This document shows positions 41,101 to 43,927 of a stretch of 64,000 nucleotides of DNA, piece by piece (within the stretch, counting starts at the first letter, position 1; every line of letters begins with the position of its first letter). Below the pieces are notes generated by a model. It saw only the letters and a program-made list of their open reading frames with translations, made no database searches and had not been told where the DNA came from. The DNA is from a virus. Made by a program: the position numbers and the translations under genes. The stretch lies in the IMG/VR virus record IMGVR_UViG_3300030107_001446, positions 135,259 through 199,258 of that record; one strand, written 5' to 3'.

Positions 41101-43919
41101 CTGTTAACCGTGTTACAAGGAATGAAGTAGGTTGGGATTATAACACCGACCCTGCATTGGTTACTCTAACTCCTGAAGTTGAAGTTGGATATGACCGTGC
41201 TGAATATAGAATAAGAATTAATCAACCAAACAACTTCCGTCGTGGTGATGTGTTAAGTTACATTCCTACTGGTGGTCAAGCTCTTAGTGGATTGACAAAT
41301 CAGGAATATTTCTACTGTCTAACTGCTACTGCTCAGTGGTTTGAAATAGGTGCTTCCTATATCCACGATGGTAGATTTAGATTACTACAAGTAGATACAT
41401 CTAACTCAAACACACAGGTATTCCAAGTAATGCAGAGAAGTGGTATTTCAAGGACTGCTCCTACATACCCAGTTGATATGTCCGATACTCCAATACAAGG
41501 TGGATTCAATGCTGCTGACGTTGTATATGGGTCAACATCTGGATCTAGTGCTGAGGTATCAAATGTCCTTACTAATGAAGGTAAGATTTATAAGATGTAT
41601 ACACACTATGATTTAACTGGTGTATCACAATCGGCTGGCACATACGAAAACTTCATTAATGGTGAGACTGTCCAAGTCCAAGGTGCAACTTCTAATACTG
41701 GTTTTGTATTACAGACTGCTGCAACAGATGATGACACAGGTGAATCTATCCTTAAACTTAACTCCATCGCAGGTGCTATTAACTTGAATGATGTTGTTGA
41801 GGGTGTAGATAGTGGCACAACTGCAACAGTTGGTACTCCATCTGAAAGATTCTTACTTAACGTTACATCTGGTGCATTCTCAGCAGGTGACTGGTTCTTC
41901 GAGGAAGGTGCTAACACTGAAGCATACATGGATGCTTATGTTAATAAGTCTGGTTCTCTAACTGGTAATGAAGGTGGTAGAATTACAATCGATGTTGAGA
42001 CCATTGATAGTCAGTGGACTCCTGGTGATATTATCTACGGTAGTGTTACTAACTATATTCTTTCAGTTAAGGGTATTAGTGGTACACAAATTCAGTTGAA
42101 TCAGTGGTTACACGGTAGAGTAACCTATGAATTAGACCTAGGCGTACCTATCGTTGATACTGGTATCTCTGATACATTCAACGTTGGTGACGAGGTTACA
42201 CTCCTACAAGGTACCGTCCAGAAGAATCCAGGTTGGATTGCTACTGTAACCAAGTATATTAATGGTCTAGAATTAGATCCAGGCGAGCCTAACTATGGTA
42301 TTCATAAAGTTTGGATTGGTAACTTAGTACCTGTTGGAGCAGGTGCTGATATCTCTGAGGTAACTCAAGGAATTAATACTATTGGTAAGATTCAATTAGG
42401 GTCTAATTTCCCAACAATATACGCACAGTGCACAAACGTAACTACAACAAATTACTCATCTTATGCAAGAGTAGTTGCTATAGAGCAAGCAGGTATTACT
42501 GCTGAAATTTGGGTAGAGAATGCAGTTGGTGATTTTGTTGATAATATGTCACTTGTATCTGACTTTGGATGGGGTGGTGCTGTTACTTCTGCTAGGACAC
42601 TAGAGGGTAGAGTTGACAGATACTTCAGAGGATTTGATGGAAATCAAACAATATTTGACTTAACCATTTCTAATGGTGAAGCATACTTCCCAGATCCAGC
42701 TGGACATCTATTAGTATTCGTTAATGGTATTCTACAACCTCCAGGTGGTGCTAACTCTTATGTTGCATACTCAGATAAGATTCAGTTTGCTGAGCCTCCT
42801 GAGATTGGATCACAATTCGTTGGATACTATGTTGGTAAATTACGTCAGTTAGATGATATCAGTTATGAGTTTGACTCATTGAGATCTTCCTTCAACCTTA
42901 AGCGTCAAGGTTTATTCTACTCCTTAACACTGACTGAAGGTGTATCTTCTAACGTTATACGTCCTGAGAATAACATTATCGTATCACTTAACGGTATTAT
43001 TCAGGAACCAGGTCTAGCATACGAGATTGTTGGTTCACGATTAATCTTCGCTGAAGTCCCACGTGCGGGATCAACCTTCGTTGGTTTCTCATATATTGGT
43101 AGTGATGCTGACGTTATCGCAGCAACAGTCGTACCTCCTGTTGAGGCAGGTGACCAACTCTTTATCGAGGGTGAGGAATTTAATCGTGAAGTTGCTCTAA
43201 TTGAATCTTCCAACTCCTTGATTACTTTTGAGTATACAGGATCAGTTAAGGGTAGAAATGCTGCTGCTATCGCTCAGATAACCTCTGGTAAGATAACAGG
43301 TGCTAACCTAACCAACTCTGGTGATGGTTATACTTCACGTCCTAACGTTGACGTTATATCTTCCTCTGGATTTGATTCTCGCATCAAGGCATTGATGGGT
43401 ATTACACGCATAGATGTTAAGACATCTGGTGTTGGATACTCTATACCAAATGTTGCTATTGATAACGTAGTTCCAGATGATTTCACACCTCCAGAAGGTG
43501 CACCAATTAACGGTGGATTTGATGTATTCGCAGGTGAAGGCACAGATGCAGGTGGTGGAGGTACCACAATCGAATCTGGTACAATAGCAATTCTTCAGGA
43601 TCCAGTTAACGTTACTGTTAACCAAGGTCAGAATGCAGCATTCACAGTTGTCTCTAGTGTAACTAACGACCAGACAATGAATTATCAGTGGCAGAAGAAG
43701 GAGTATGGTACACAGACTTGGAGCAACATCATTGGTGCTAACCAAGCAACATACAATACTTCTATCACACAACAAGCAGATGATGGTGACGAATATAGAG
43801 TCGCTATCACAGCAGCAGGTGCAATCCCAGTTTACTCACTCTCTGCTACATTGAGTGTCCAGACTGGTGCTACTATCTTGAGTAACTTCACTCCAGACCT
43901 TATCTTTGACGACAACTAA
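14175..43919 (+). CDS. gp7: giant multidomain baseplate wedge protein, gp7-like (9914 aa)
   Basis: Single stop-free ORF of 29,745 nt between gp6 and gp8. N-terminus VSD.V..QLPEFI....F...YY.SQE and FY.SKGT..S..YLFK.LF match cyanophage gp7-like proteins. Contains a split YHYH-type domain, beta-propeller-like region, LamG-like domains, CBM-like modules, helical repeats, a 30-copy repeat array and a C-terminal Ig-like domain. Confidence 0.85.
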   Translation: MTPITKNINVSDRVENQLPEFIRQEDRQLVNFLFEYYKSQEKTGRPYDILNNLMRYLDLDKYSSEELSSSTSLLKDIGVDDTKIEIESINGFQTRDGSIMVDNEIIYYEGVTRGPDVIITPGISLPQFNKKKQQLENPFTSFDGVERVFPLSFLGTPIAPPSAEHLIVVTYNDMLIPGSEYTVNGTNISFTNPPRARTGADDSEFTQVVYLVGYADQTIVTADQIPYQEWQNTQVYPLRVNGQSYTPTSDIGLIINKNGRLQTPQDDYTLFEDKVIFKNPVGAADLIHIRSVEYVAPAYGSGASAIAQVDTIGQIEAIIPKDGGKKYRLDFAPKVAITHKDGISATAKSLVGGIKDINLIDGGQGYSSYNPPIPVVVAPADPNGSIAQLSLTVNDVTGTVDSVTITNSGSGYDFIPAISFKNPSGATIGAPTIDIEGRVNIGSIPVITMGSGYSNPPTVYIDAAPDGGINAQAVSKINQDGQVYEITIVNRGKGYITPPRVKIVEPIGAQVLDVTVASGSVTNIEMLTGGSGYTDAPSVYIVDKRVDGYGEPIGGTGATAVATIFNGEITDINITNFGTGYSESEPPQIYIAEPKSARASVDVGFDEVTGFDILEKGSGYSSSAFLQCSRGVSGPVKYDNLHNEIYATEANLRQSDHHAGAAVVNLDTLFIKEVFDKFRRQYLPTLDIDFASINPVQVIKNITDFYISKGTKLSTQYLFKILFGEDVDLYYPKDEIISPSHATWVVDTVLRAELMEGDPNNLIDSQVNQYADDVDPNVTAASALIENVITIIEGTDTIYELAISEETLVGSFIIPYKTRLVEPLTTTGQIITVDSTIGWPERNGTIRINDEEEVQYKEKSLNQFIECTRSKNGIVEDWDPGTIIQSDIYVWTNFGTAQQCKLRILGIAEAGTTVLNDTGSYYLQGDKLKVANLGSTAEELRLQSWLYNVKKLIQVTTITPGGVNNQTATVVCGNPHGLLVSDQVTIYGANPVVYNGTFTVTSRIDQFTFSYQIATPTEIIPTGNILLSVDLNRGKSDVVSINKVVSEFTTNIQNAFFNDNYVYVAASGLPNYKIGPFTGSALIPGNQRKLLRFPRTVQTVSERQAVAPGTPIGSWVNGVSIWSYKSPDYIQYGPLTSVSVTSVGEGYDAGAKPNVEITGGGGTGATAEVIVNGSLSSFDVIEQGSGYTESPLVSIVGGGGIGATAQAVITGGRVTRILVEQPGSGYTTQPLVSITGGGGTGATATASVRGPISSVSITNFGSGYTSLPDIKVNSGENALAQPIVLNGRIVSIAIINSGNSYTTAPNVIINGDGFGAIAKATIGTIGEDKGRVLSVSITNRGIGYTQGLTTVRLEAVGQLASFQPTVYQWNRNLQYELVDKFDGASGYVFTGFNNQFGGEYAHLSDPKELRYVVGDNVFLNPVTQNFQEVASNYDHSPIIGWAFDGNPIYGPYGYIDPTDQNSGIRRMRTSFKLKTNVVFDATTNPNPSRVDGPPISTYAAGTFVDDYYYDFQSGDLDQYNGRFCKTPDYPDGTYAYFVTIDASDAGIAEFPYIVGPQFNSLPDSWNMNQAATQENIPDGVVRYRDPYTDVDIDIDRQPNQTADVFTTEIEGYPIIFEIQDSNNDGLIDANEQQELLEMSEEATLQIYDYFPRVSAESRVDIEVETTTQFENAQIDGFVVENPGVSYQVNDTIFFDNEGTGGFGASALIESVKGQNIIGYQKEMIGDRPYGVITTDIEHELRQQDEIIVNSRPVIDNTNKTFRVKVVAGVENIAITQSGTGYNTDIPPTFELITASGQDAELSLVLENTGQVNAVNIINSGNGYDSDNPPQIRVSHPQQFKKTRYWLAEYQEATGIVSINDIVTTEERYTYICGSITETDGDMAAFLAKFDDLGQLVWERNLLPQNAGQKKAEFIKILVDAVPENDLIYVVGHTYDPNNSAYNPDIWLGKYESGFNNANAPDGILKWQKAIAGISGTTRRDWVTSLALDQEGRIYLAGYTDSNSIDPNDMWIIQCNLDGDLVEKRKIASATDSEMINQIQWISDDRFFMVGQNDENDDCIFGVFWFDGANLEIEYIRQIPTIGGYVRNPKFTIDEYDDVILVWDVYNGAAQKYDKVQINKFPLSTASTSWTWSKTVTISGDIDAIRHAGVNVDKFGNYTLVTDVIEDQNQRYAIYHYIKYDGNVIKESKVDDTTSIGFQAITHSVDNSGDVIMVINRQQSDQIAAYRFNDDTDLDYDFTKQNKAAMTFYSPSDASYDSSFYKYGTGALKLSAVNPVSLPNLNLESKEWSFRAWLSMNSTAHSTDHKPLLWDILPVAGDSIQVELDGDTNSANYEKVIIYVNSVQVATSLLATNWTAFAGASWVHVTFQKREESLGLYQYEVFINGALVCNFQSTSDISVGSAVLCGKSAGPTSNNTFIGWVDDYVIDDVAPYLSAYSVPSAEIEITTSNSDSALVKFDREHTKRGSYALSGLDNYTQLDFTDNEITTTWVDVGLSAISPWIVGAGGLQILDMSQVVSNLNPGTYTFTANKFEYGTKTSTIPSPLGKKLIIEPEVISKFYIRDALYQKIDNVMEFTFSQDIKLTKGSILQQFNSSGVTQAYGTIVKVPEGTLLNPGYGNKYQVGKIYGTFNNTDRYRTVANDINQIEGTYFNTEEEESPWQANTAYTAGDRVYADKKIYEVQATGTSGTISLSHTSGVASDGLLNWAFIDDAGKFTVDLTQHPYPRPQWVGMDMPEWLPDRLYVEGQRVWWKLNVYEVAVGGAGVAGTNAPVHDTGDASDGGVTWTHVSTEEAISVYSRLMGYDMGNNYTVQIMEVHPGSVYIPDDVVSLNAGNITLAEDEKSVEISGFASVKKIQVTARLEKDIIRTNAVRTEFVYCTSNTAHMFKAGDILFTEGFSTAQFNGSFFIDQVIGTREFTFAIRATASSDPAFINNALGGVNIYAKHPTLEFTRNHQYVFDLSDSSNFGYYLSFSQDNQYKLEYSFNNIERNGTPGIATTPAPTVQFSVLGEVTNISYYFDPSRTGADSPVGTNSFIDVIKTPFDGRFTISEVPTDTSFKFPLLKEPERTNAEVGEDYLGNDYSYYSTTSVRAVGPINTIQLVSPGGFYQKLPIISDIASFRQIEKCVVVDGGTEYAPGVYYDVPIAGDGEGAKCTVTVEVDEEIGSGTITGCAVTDPGKGYTTASIDIDAIPGILGATLAGSGGSVNVVIPSEGSGASVFLTGTNIGKIKRLKNNEFGFGYSHDYTLKPEITFPVNLQLFNTSILSQITITDPGSGYSSTPAVVIEGGGGSGAEAEAIIKNNRLSEIIIKNPGAGYSSEPTVTLKSEFNYVVNLDLNYLQFNFPHGITSGAEVTFRAENVGSTTGELPKPSTAGLTSLVANQVYYAIAGTAAGLEPDQLRFGLTKASALAGSYITFLTQGSGRQVLLTEVFGGKATAVVETSRFLEGEDVYQGSNVETATAMGTVSTNTGWQIGPKILKIVDYTGDWAVGESVTGTISKASGVIDNFSIARGVLNIGSLTKTPGRFIDDVGKPSEIVQKIQDSFFYQNFSYVVQSQIPITEWKSQVLENNHPAGFNMFGQLQLTGGKDVSGRKIGTEFTKKVNINNYSNVNQITSFGAAQPIYTDYNNTEVLFRKKRLTSSEEILTSIVKKLDNFEDQFDGIKKAFPITVEGEQVIVKQDQLMITLNGVIQAPGISYQVVGGDLVFSEPPRPPSKVNYRIIGVTPTPIYRIALYSPGGNANYGIFPTIGQQVQGEFSDAVGTVIDSGTNHIDVINIVGGPFQLNEEIVRGEIFSALVETVTQVNSDTIFEFGEAITNLEGDTAYVEETNVDTDGNVTDRLVVSKTSGTPRFETGIYDLRLNEYIYSASSKIAGQITYTAPYSDPINDEVVDELIINRGTTFFGLLFERLLSLTNPNIILDNISQSSITPTKLYDSSNRINADFLDFEEVRTTEVTYSQLANGAFADGDIIRNKKTFYGNPISVFHGNAANRFLDGGRNIANNKQEIIDFAEASIAIDYPDYYFPSDVITNAWSRFKDAYRMIQKNKALIVGMAFDDMKTQFPSSSIPSDAKCKRDIEYFVDAVSIDMYAGGNRYTRKFCQQYFNEAGSFTYINAQATETKWAYEKARDRMKVAIANGYSGTISAANSGDSWVAYQDLTITADPSPTNPYGTAGTNTSNTDSDNCTDVQSAIETLHEIVDETLTNGSLTELPVESGGTYSPHQEKCRRDLGYFIDAISNDLKTGGNYQTVLFTRSFFDASGTPLTNGIVGEEAEAVHAFTTAGTLMHRAINNLMYWKDLSGVGYNLNDPTTYSGGVAPANTYDANYASGNNQDINNCANVKSYIDTLKAIATTAMTAGNLTNVNNLASITDGTFQDGETIRTTKFAYKNRSRGLFALGDTIKGITSGAVFEAIGANAGLKWIFASNVTGTFQDEEWITNSTLTATNCTQSVIVKKAELVGDKSVYKPSNGLLTQTASEDFAFGTGDFTIQSWIRPAANVGTQYLFDFRRLSAAQGLNIRMDGQGLKVYNGTTLMVSGSGDFATTGTWYHIAIVRNSGVTQAYVNGAQIGSNYVDTNDYLYNAPHIGSDFNQSSHWTGHIDNLCIKKGVCDFITGFTPPTQVDFAEDNIVLGIDGEGPFIASTTEVWATYTGQRTSSTTAKRVDYDGLALIASDIDTGRKELRDCAEIIDLNGAWIAEEAVGRMKAAFVDFTIRGDDPGNNSYGGTNLCIRDTKDYILGALIKDLQEGGDFHTIYTARTYLTTSGKLDHITDEILQSLYTWNEVFKLCETVITTTSTDLSGEYSTRLRIPNNFSSPASSTVTDEIKLLGDNLLKVVAPNDQRFREGGFQLWKNRDYIAEEVAGYIQNKYQQEINEVTYDFLEMPGYGQPYCERDIKQFILPAVMADLVTGGTYQTEAVIDKYLDSQNKVIHVDEELNPMLDAFEYCKMLCMKAVNNLLLSSGEAAAELGVPTWVQEEYYAPQWTARAAYRDDTIVLDTEGYPQAGTRQNNDRYLDAADLIWKNRHVIAKECVSTMNDLSKYENLNIPGGHVNCEDDVLDMIEAMVHDLRFDCNEKTYDAAALYIETENNSLKHIEGEWEASITVVKILRDITSLIMRNAFGRDYEEGGSPDQKPVESYEQNPRIDLYKNCGDAIDGNIRYIAEQAVAAGLVQFPNLNIPGGPINCVHDVTDILRALVFNIKYGGNNWLQYSTEFYATYSGNLDHVTNAPTETNWIMNKARDFAIRAMKGQIITNEAGHVVDQRFYDAVPRPTTTMVTTSVLTGAPVTDNYNNLVTRSFKFGEDKISTTDTGTGIIPDEDAVFSVVTKLPSSPIDCCLFEAGGGTSGVWFGIRDGGTWLRLRAGNGTNSYTSGASYTADTGLAMLDLQISNLTQYFDDGDHELVWQIVIGGNQTTGAGSVTLWIDGQQIGQATTPGGGWTGLTGASGLFANTQWAGFGVSNGSLVAGEAATINTFTVNVGPAPTIAYDITAADYDSSTGDLILNVGNHNHTPGTFLRLISNSLTFTCDQDNHASNHTYPRSGDPAGNTAVEVLDVGRTEHTATAASYDPNSGIMNMTIEQHGMTASTSHTAKDAAYDPDSGVLTITLDDHGFKTGDQVKIHNGSLIFTCAQDNHATKHGYPRQKDPAGDQWLLIEEVTPNTFKVNVGATPKVEYNVSDAVYDQNDGELTLDIGQHRFVGASNHVATFAEYNADKGTLKLTVSGHGVIVGDQIQIMENSMTFTCSMDNHYTNHVYPRSTDPCVGQWLDVVESDIPGGTFTVNVGQSPIVGWDPSDATYNSETGHLTLEIGNHSLAVGTHVKLSQESLNFTCSMDDHATIHSYPRDTDPTHNEPIQILATTATSITVPVGTTPTVQYTPTNATFTPADGLLELTLDRKHTFRPATIHNISGGEYNGSTGMMRVTVADHGFSNGDFVKIADGGITFSCTMDGNASNHAYPRASDPYSNKWLAVRNASKDSFDVYVGRTPELPFTITDATFVPSTGHMRVWIGDHDLVAGDYVRMTEESIGFTCLLDNNISKKYYPRSSGSNYVGNGGADPFWNKRIQIAYAGMPLTATTGTSYNPTTGVMSISTDAPHGMSDGDEVKIATDSLVFTCLEDNNQTNHTYPRATDPFNDRWMRVSNTSTYTFDVQVLSYAPSTNSTTHTFVQANVNGITKKDGTITLDVGASSDTTAHTYTATPGLTPTAITHNPVTGIMDITVEGHKLMAGDFIKIADNSLTFTCAMDNHASDHVYPRPADPASGSWLKVLTATTDTFTVQVLKDIPQSNTTTHLFKSAVAECITKSVIKTGGVYDHTYVTSSVGALRHAGDSVRLAPDALTFRCDADGQASDHVYPRSATTQHTPSDVVYNPNTGNLKFTVNNHGFLPHSYVKIADNSLTFTCAKDDNATGHLYPRPTDPVSGKWVMINDVSANTFTVEVLDVIPSTNTTVHTFVSATSNCITHKKDHFYDTNIPIYEVGMTSSTPSNVSYNPTLGEMVVTVNNTLTGCNKITPDSATYYPATGILRIQMNGHPVKNGQMVWLQDGAFTFRCDEDGQASDHAYPRPSDPASNKFLKAFNVGTNTIDVNVGYFEGQGAISNQTTHVFQSGAMNGVWHANSYVMFEENAVTFQCTKDNNATNHSYPRPSDPSWNKWLPVFNTSSGQFSVKVGKSGINDIYDHTFVSFATDGLKTQTGTIKLDVGNGQITNPTTHVFQSANANSLIGGGEYTHDFKSTNSTYTVTDANYLPATGIMTLTIPNHGFQDGESIKISNDSLVFTCLQDAGGSEHSYPRYTDPVADKWIKIHNCTDDTFDVQVLENIPSTNQTLHTFKRASANGVTRAVLATGGNYTHKFIAPAQLTPTNAVYDPSTGVMTVTVTKHGLKNGTRIKVEDGFVTFTCGQDSNQTNHSYPRASDPFSDEWMKVSNVTTDTFDIQVLFNIPSTNTTPHTFVSGKPKSITVATLMKGNDSIKIADNGLTFTCSKDGNSTEHTYPRPNVDPSWNNSLRIVDDGVSRHTPTDASYTATTGVLTLTVPNHGWSNGQYIRLEDYALDLTCTMDDGSENHAYPRGTDPISNKWLEISNVTASTFDINVGTTPSVQYTPADASYDPYSGHMELNIGAHPLKVGQSVKLADGAVTFSCDMDMNASNHAYPRTTVDTFTPTAGAYDGTTGYLTLTLNGHGFDNGSLIKIADNALTATCEMDGNSSGKTYPRSTDPISGKWKPVENATENTFDIFVGKTEFKSFDPQQVDYNPATGNMVITVGPDHGITTAHSVYINRESMCFTCAQDGHGSDHFYPRPNGSGGASGDDPAYQEAVAVTAVDDSTITVNVNPSPSGASNHAHIFKPAVGLTPQNVTYSGVSGVMTVTYASHGMITGEQIMFEDNSLIFTCGKDDHATEHAYPRHGDPASNRWLTITRIDDNRFTVKVLDETPSTNTSAHTFKYAKAGAMKRGSIRAGGSFTHTFTTFASGGVSHKRDRAYDHSIEIKKVGHGEYTATGATYNAETGVLQLTINGHPFANGNMIKLKPNSLIMTCDMDNNATKHSYPRKTDFAYDRWLEISNKQTNTIDVNVGKTPRANYLVSAATFDPTSGDMELTIGKHGYHGGTTHTVTNGTYDAITGKMVITVPDHGFIIGDRVKFVDNSISFKCGMDGYDVVKSYPRPTDPAHNTWLEIDDITLHTFSINVGTSPKTTHNVTNANYNPTSGVMELTIGSHNLDVGDSIKLKPNSLTFTCDYNGDGQTTQKTYPRSSGAATANGKDYAYDAALVITAKTGTSITVNVNGGQGAITDVTTHTWAGGTSAGAVMSGGGYAHQFWSAAANGLQRANESVYIENESLVFKCNNDGYATEHKYPRANGQGGATADDPYYDTSVPIVSVGDETITVNVGKSSDTSTHLFVRSENAFDVSGASFVPGSGELTITMPSHPFTSGDKVMLKDQGFTFTCQEDNDQTTHSYPRASDPASNNTWLTVTVVDASNFKVNVGTSSNVTTHTWVSSLPGAVIRGVIRGGGVYAHTFDSFVDGGVQWKNSTISLDVGESPAKGYGVSGASFVPATGLLTMTIGNHQLKTGMYAKIANKSMVFRCDQDSQQTDHVYPRPNGFSGATGNDPAYNNRVEITSVSADSITVDVGTSSNTTTHYFQNANNVYTPTFASYDPTSGLMNISIPGDTKNVTGAAYNPTSGTLELTIGAHTLTTDDVIKLKPNSLTFTCDYGGDGNVTQKTYPRAQGASTSDGKDYAYDTALAITAVDQAGGTITVNVNGGQGAITDTTTHTFQSALAGAVIVGNGFIDGEYIKIADDAFKFTCDKDNNVTYHDYPRASDPSSGRWLKISNCNVDTFDVQVLQNVPSTNTTDHTFVSAVASSIQRSVVTIGGEYNHTFVSAVSGGVTAGGNYTHTFASAKPNSLHRQSGKITVNVNVAATADLYDHTFVSAIPGAVIAGGNYMHSFVSAATGGIEKANSYILIKDGALNFTCDLDDYETEHLYPRDTDHASNEWLAVSNVTVDTFDVQVLKGVPSSFLGKHTFVSCAEGGIWKQDGTIKINVGPSPAGNTYAHRFVSANSGALIQGGNYRHNFVSAASGCIKVTNSGATLTPTDAYYVPTTGKLTLTVAGHSLTTDDTIEIDTNGLTFTCSQDQNATNHTYPRVTDYADGKKLHVQMSNSWAWPTQDLKYFRSRQVSQNYTGTEGAPVETEITQLIQFVTDGLTNPNTVASRSYIMPTVWPVKYTPEVVVRDLTIQYDTAQGGQGNQGTWNQTCQNVASTIATVADIYIQTIAEAANNNVNYLTSNVTKTFPFNSNTIYQDGTCYNVTSAIDTLFDIMKHTLGAGSNNSKNIANMILFNQQAIAGRAFGETQVNWPTTNLTIDFANDVLAAVRYDLVTGGNSGAFELAQQWFDGEGNFIAFPTVVRTHILYCLTRVREYIKSVMYLVGEDAVWNNYDVYVPEGRLEWNQEAVEFMVDSSLNPLEFALERGEFPTEARVQWIASSDAVNRVTRNEVGWDYNTDPALVTLTPEVEVGYDRAEYRIRINQPNNFRRGDVLSYIPTGGQALSGLTNQEYFYCLTATAQWFEIGASYIHDGRFRLLQVDTSNSNTQVFQVMQRSGISRTAPTYPVDMSDTPIQGGFNAADVVYGSTSGSSAEVSNVLTNEGKIYKMYTHYDLTGVSQSAGTYENFINGETVQVQGATSNTGFVLQTAATDDDTGESILKLNSIAGAINLNDVVEGVDSGTTATVGTPSERFLLNVTSGAFSAGDWFFEEGANTEAYMDAYVNKSGSLTGNEGGRITIDVETIDSQWTPGDIIYGSVTNYILSVKGISGTQIQLNQWLHGRVTYELDLGVPIVDTGISDTFNVGDEVTLLQGTVQKNPGWIATVTKYINGLELDPGEPNYGIHKVWIGNLVPVGAGADISEVTQGINTIGKIQLGSNFPTIYAQCTNVTTTNYSSYARVVAIEQAGITAEIWVENAVGDFVDNMSLVSDFGWGGAVTSARTLEGRVDRYFRGFDGNQTIFDLTISNGEAYFPDPAGHLLVFVNGILQPPGGANSYVAYSDKIQFAEPPEIGSQFVGYYVGKLRQLDDISYEFDSLRSSFNLKRQGLFYSLTLTEGVSSNVIRPENNIIVSLNGIIQEPGLAYEIVGSRLIFAEVPRAGSTFVGFSYIGSDADVIAATVVPPVEAGDQLFIEGEEFNREVALIESSNSLITFEYTGSVKGRNAAAIAQITSGKITGANLTNSGDGYTSRPNVDVISSSGFDSRIKALMGITRIDVKTSGVGYSIPNVAIDNVVPDDFTPPEGAPINGGFDVFAGEGTDAGGGGTTIESGTIAILQDPVNVTVNQGQNAAFTVVSSVTNDQTMNYQWQKKEYGTQTWSNIIGANQATYNTSITQQADDGDEYRVAITAAGAIPVYSLSATLSVQTGATILSNFTPDLIFDDN
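30600..40110 (+). repeat. array of 30 intragenic protein repeats (F-T-C-x2-D-x5-H-x-Y-P-R-x2-D-P core)
   Basis: I counted 30 C...YPR cores in the translation, from FTCDQDNHASNHTYPRSGDP to FTCSQDQNATNHTYPRVTDY; boundaries approximate. Confidence 0.9.
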
Positions 43920-43922
43920 ATA
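43915..43922 (+). promoter_or_regulatory. T4-type late promoter variant overlapping a stop codon
   Basis: ACTAAATA contains the TAA (43917-43919) of the giant gene; next ATG at 43928. Confidence 0.65.
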
Positions 43923-43927
43923 ATCTC

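Noticed and set aside
14175-43919. Inteins, introns or frameshifts explaining the giant ORF
   Set aside because: I saw no intein C-terminal HN-C/S/T junction with a LAGLIDADG block and no homing endonuclease; the reading frame is continuous and domain-like throughout.
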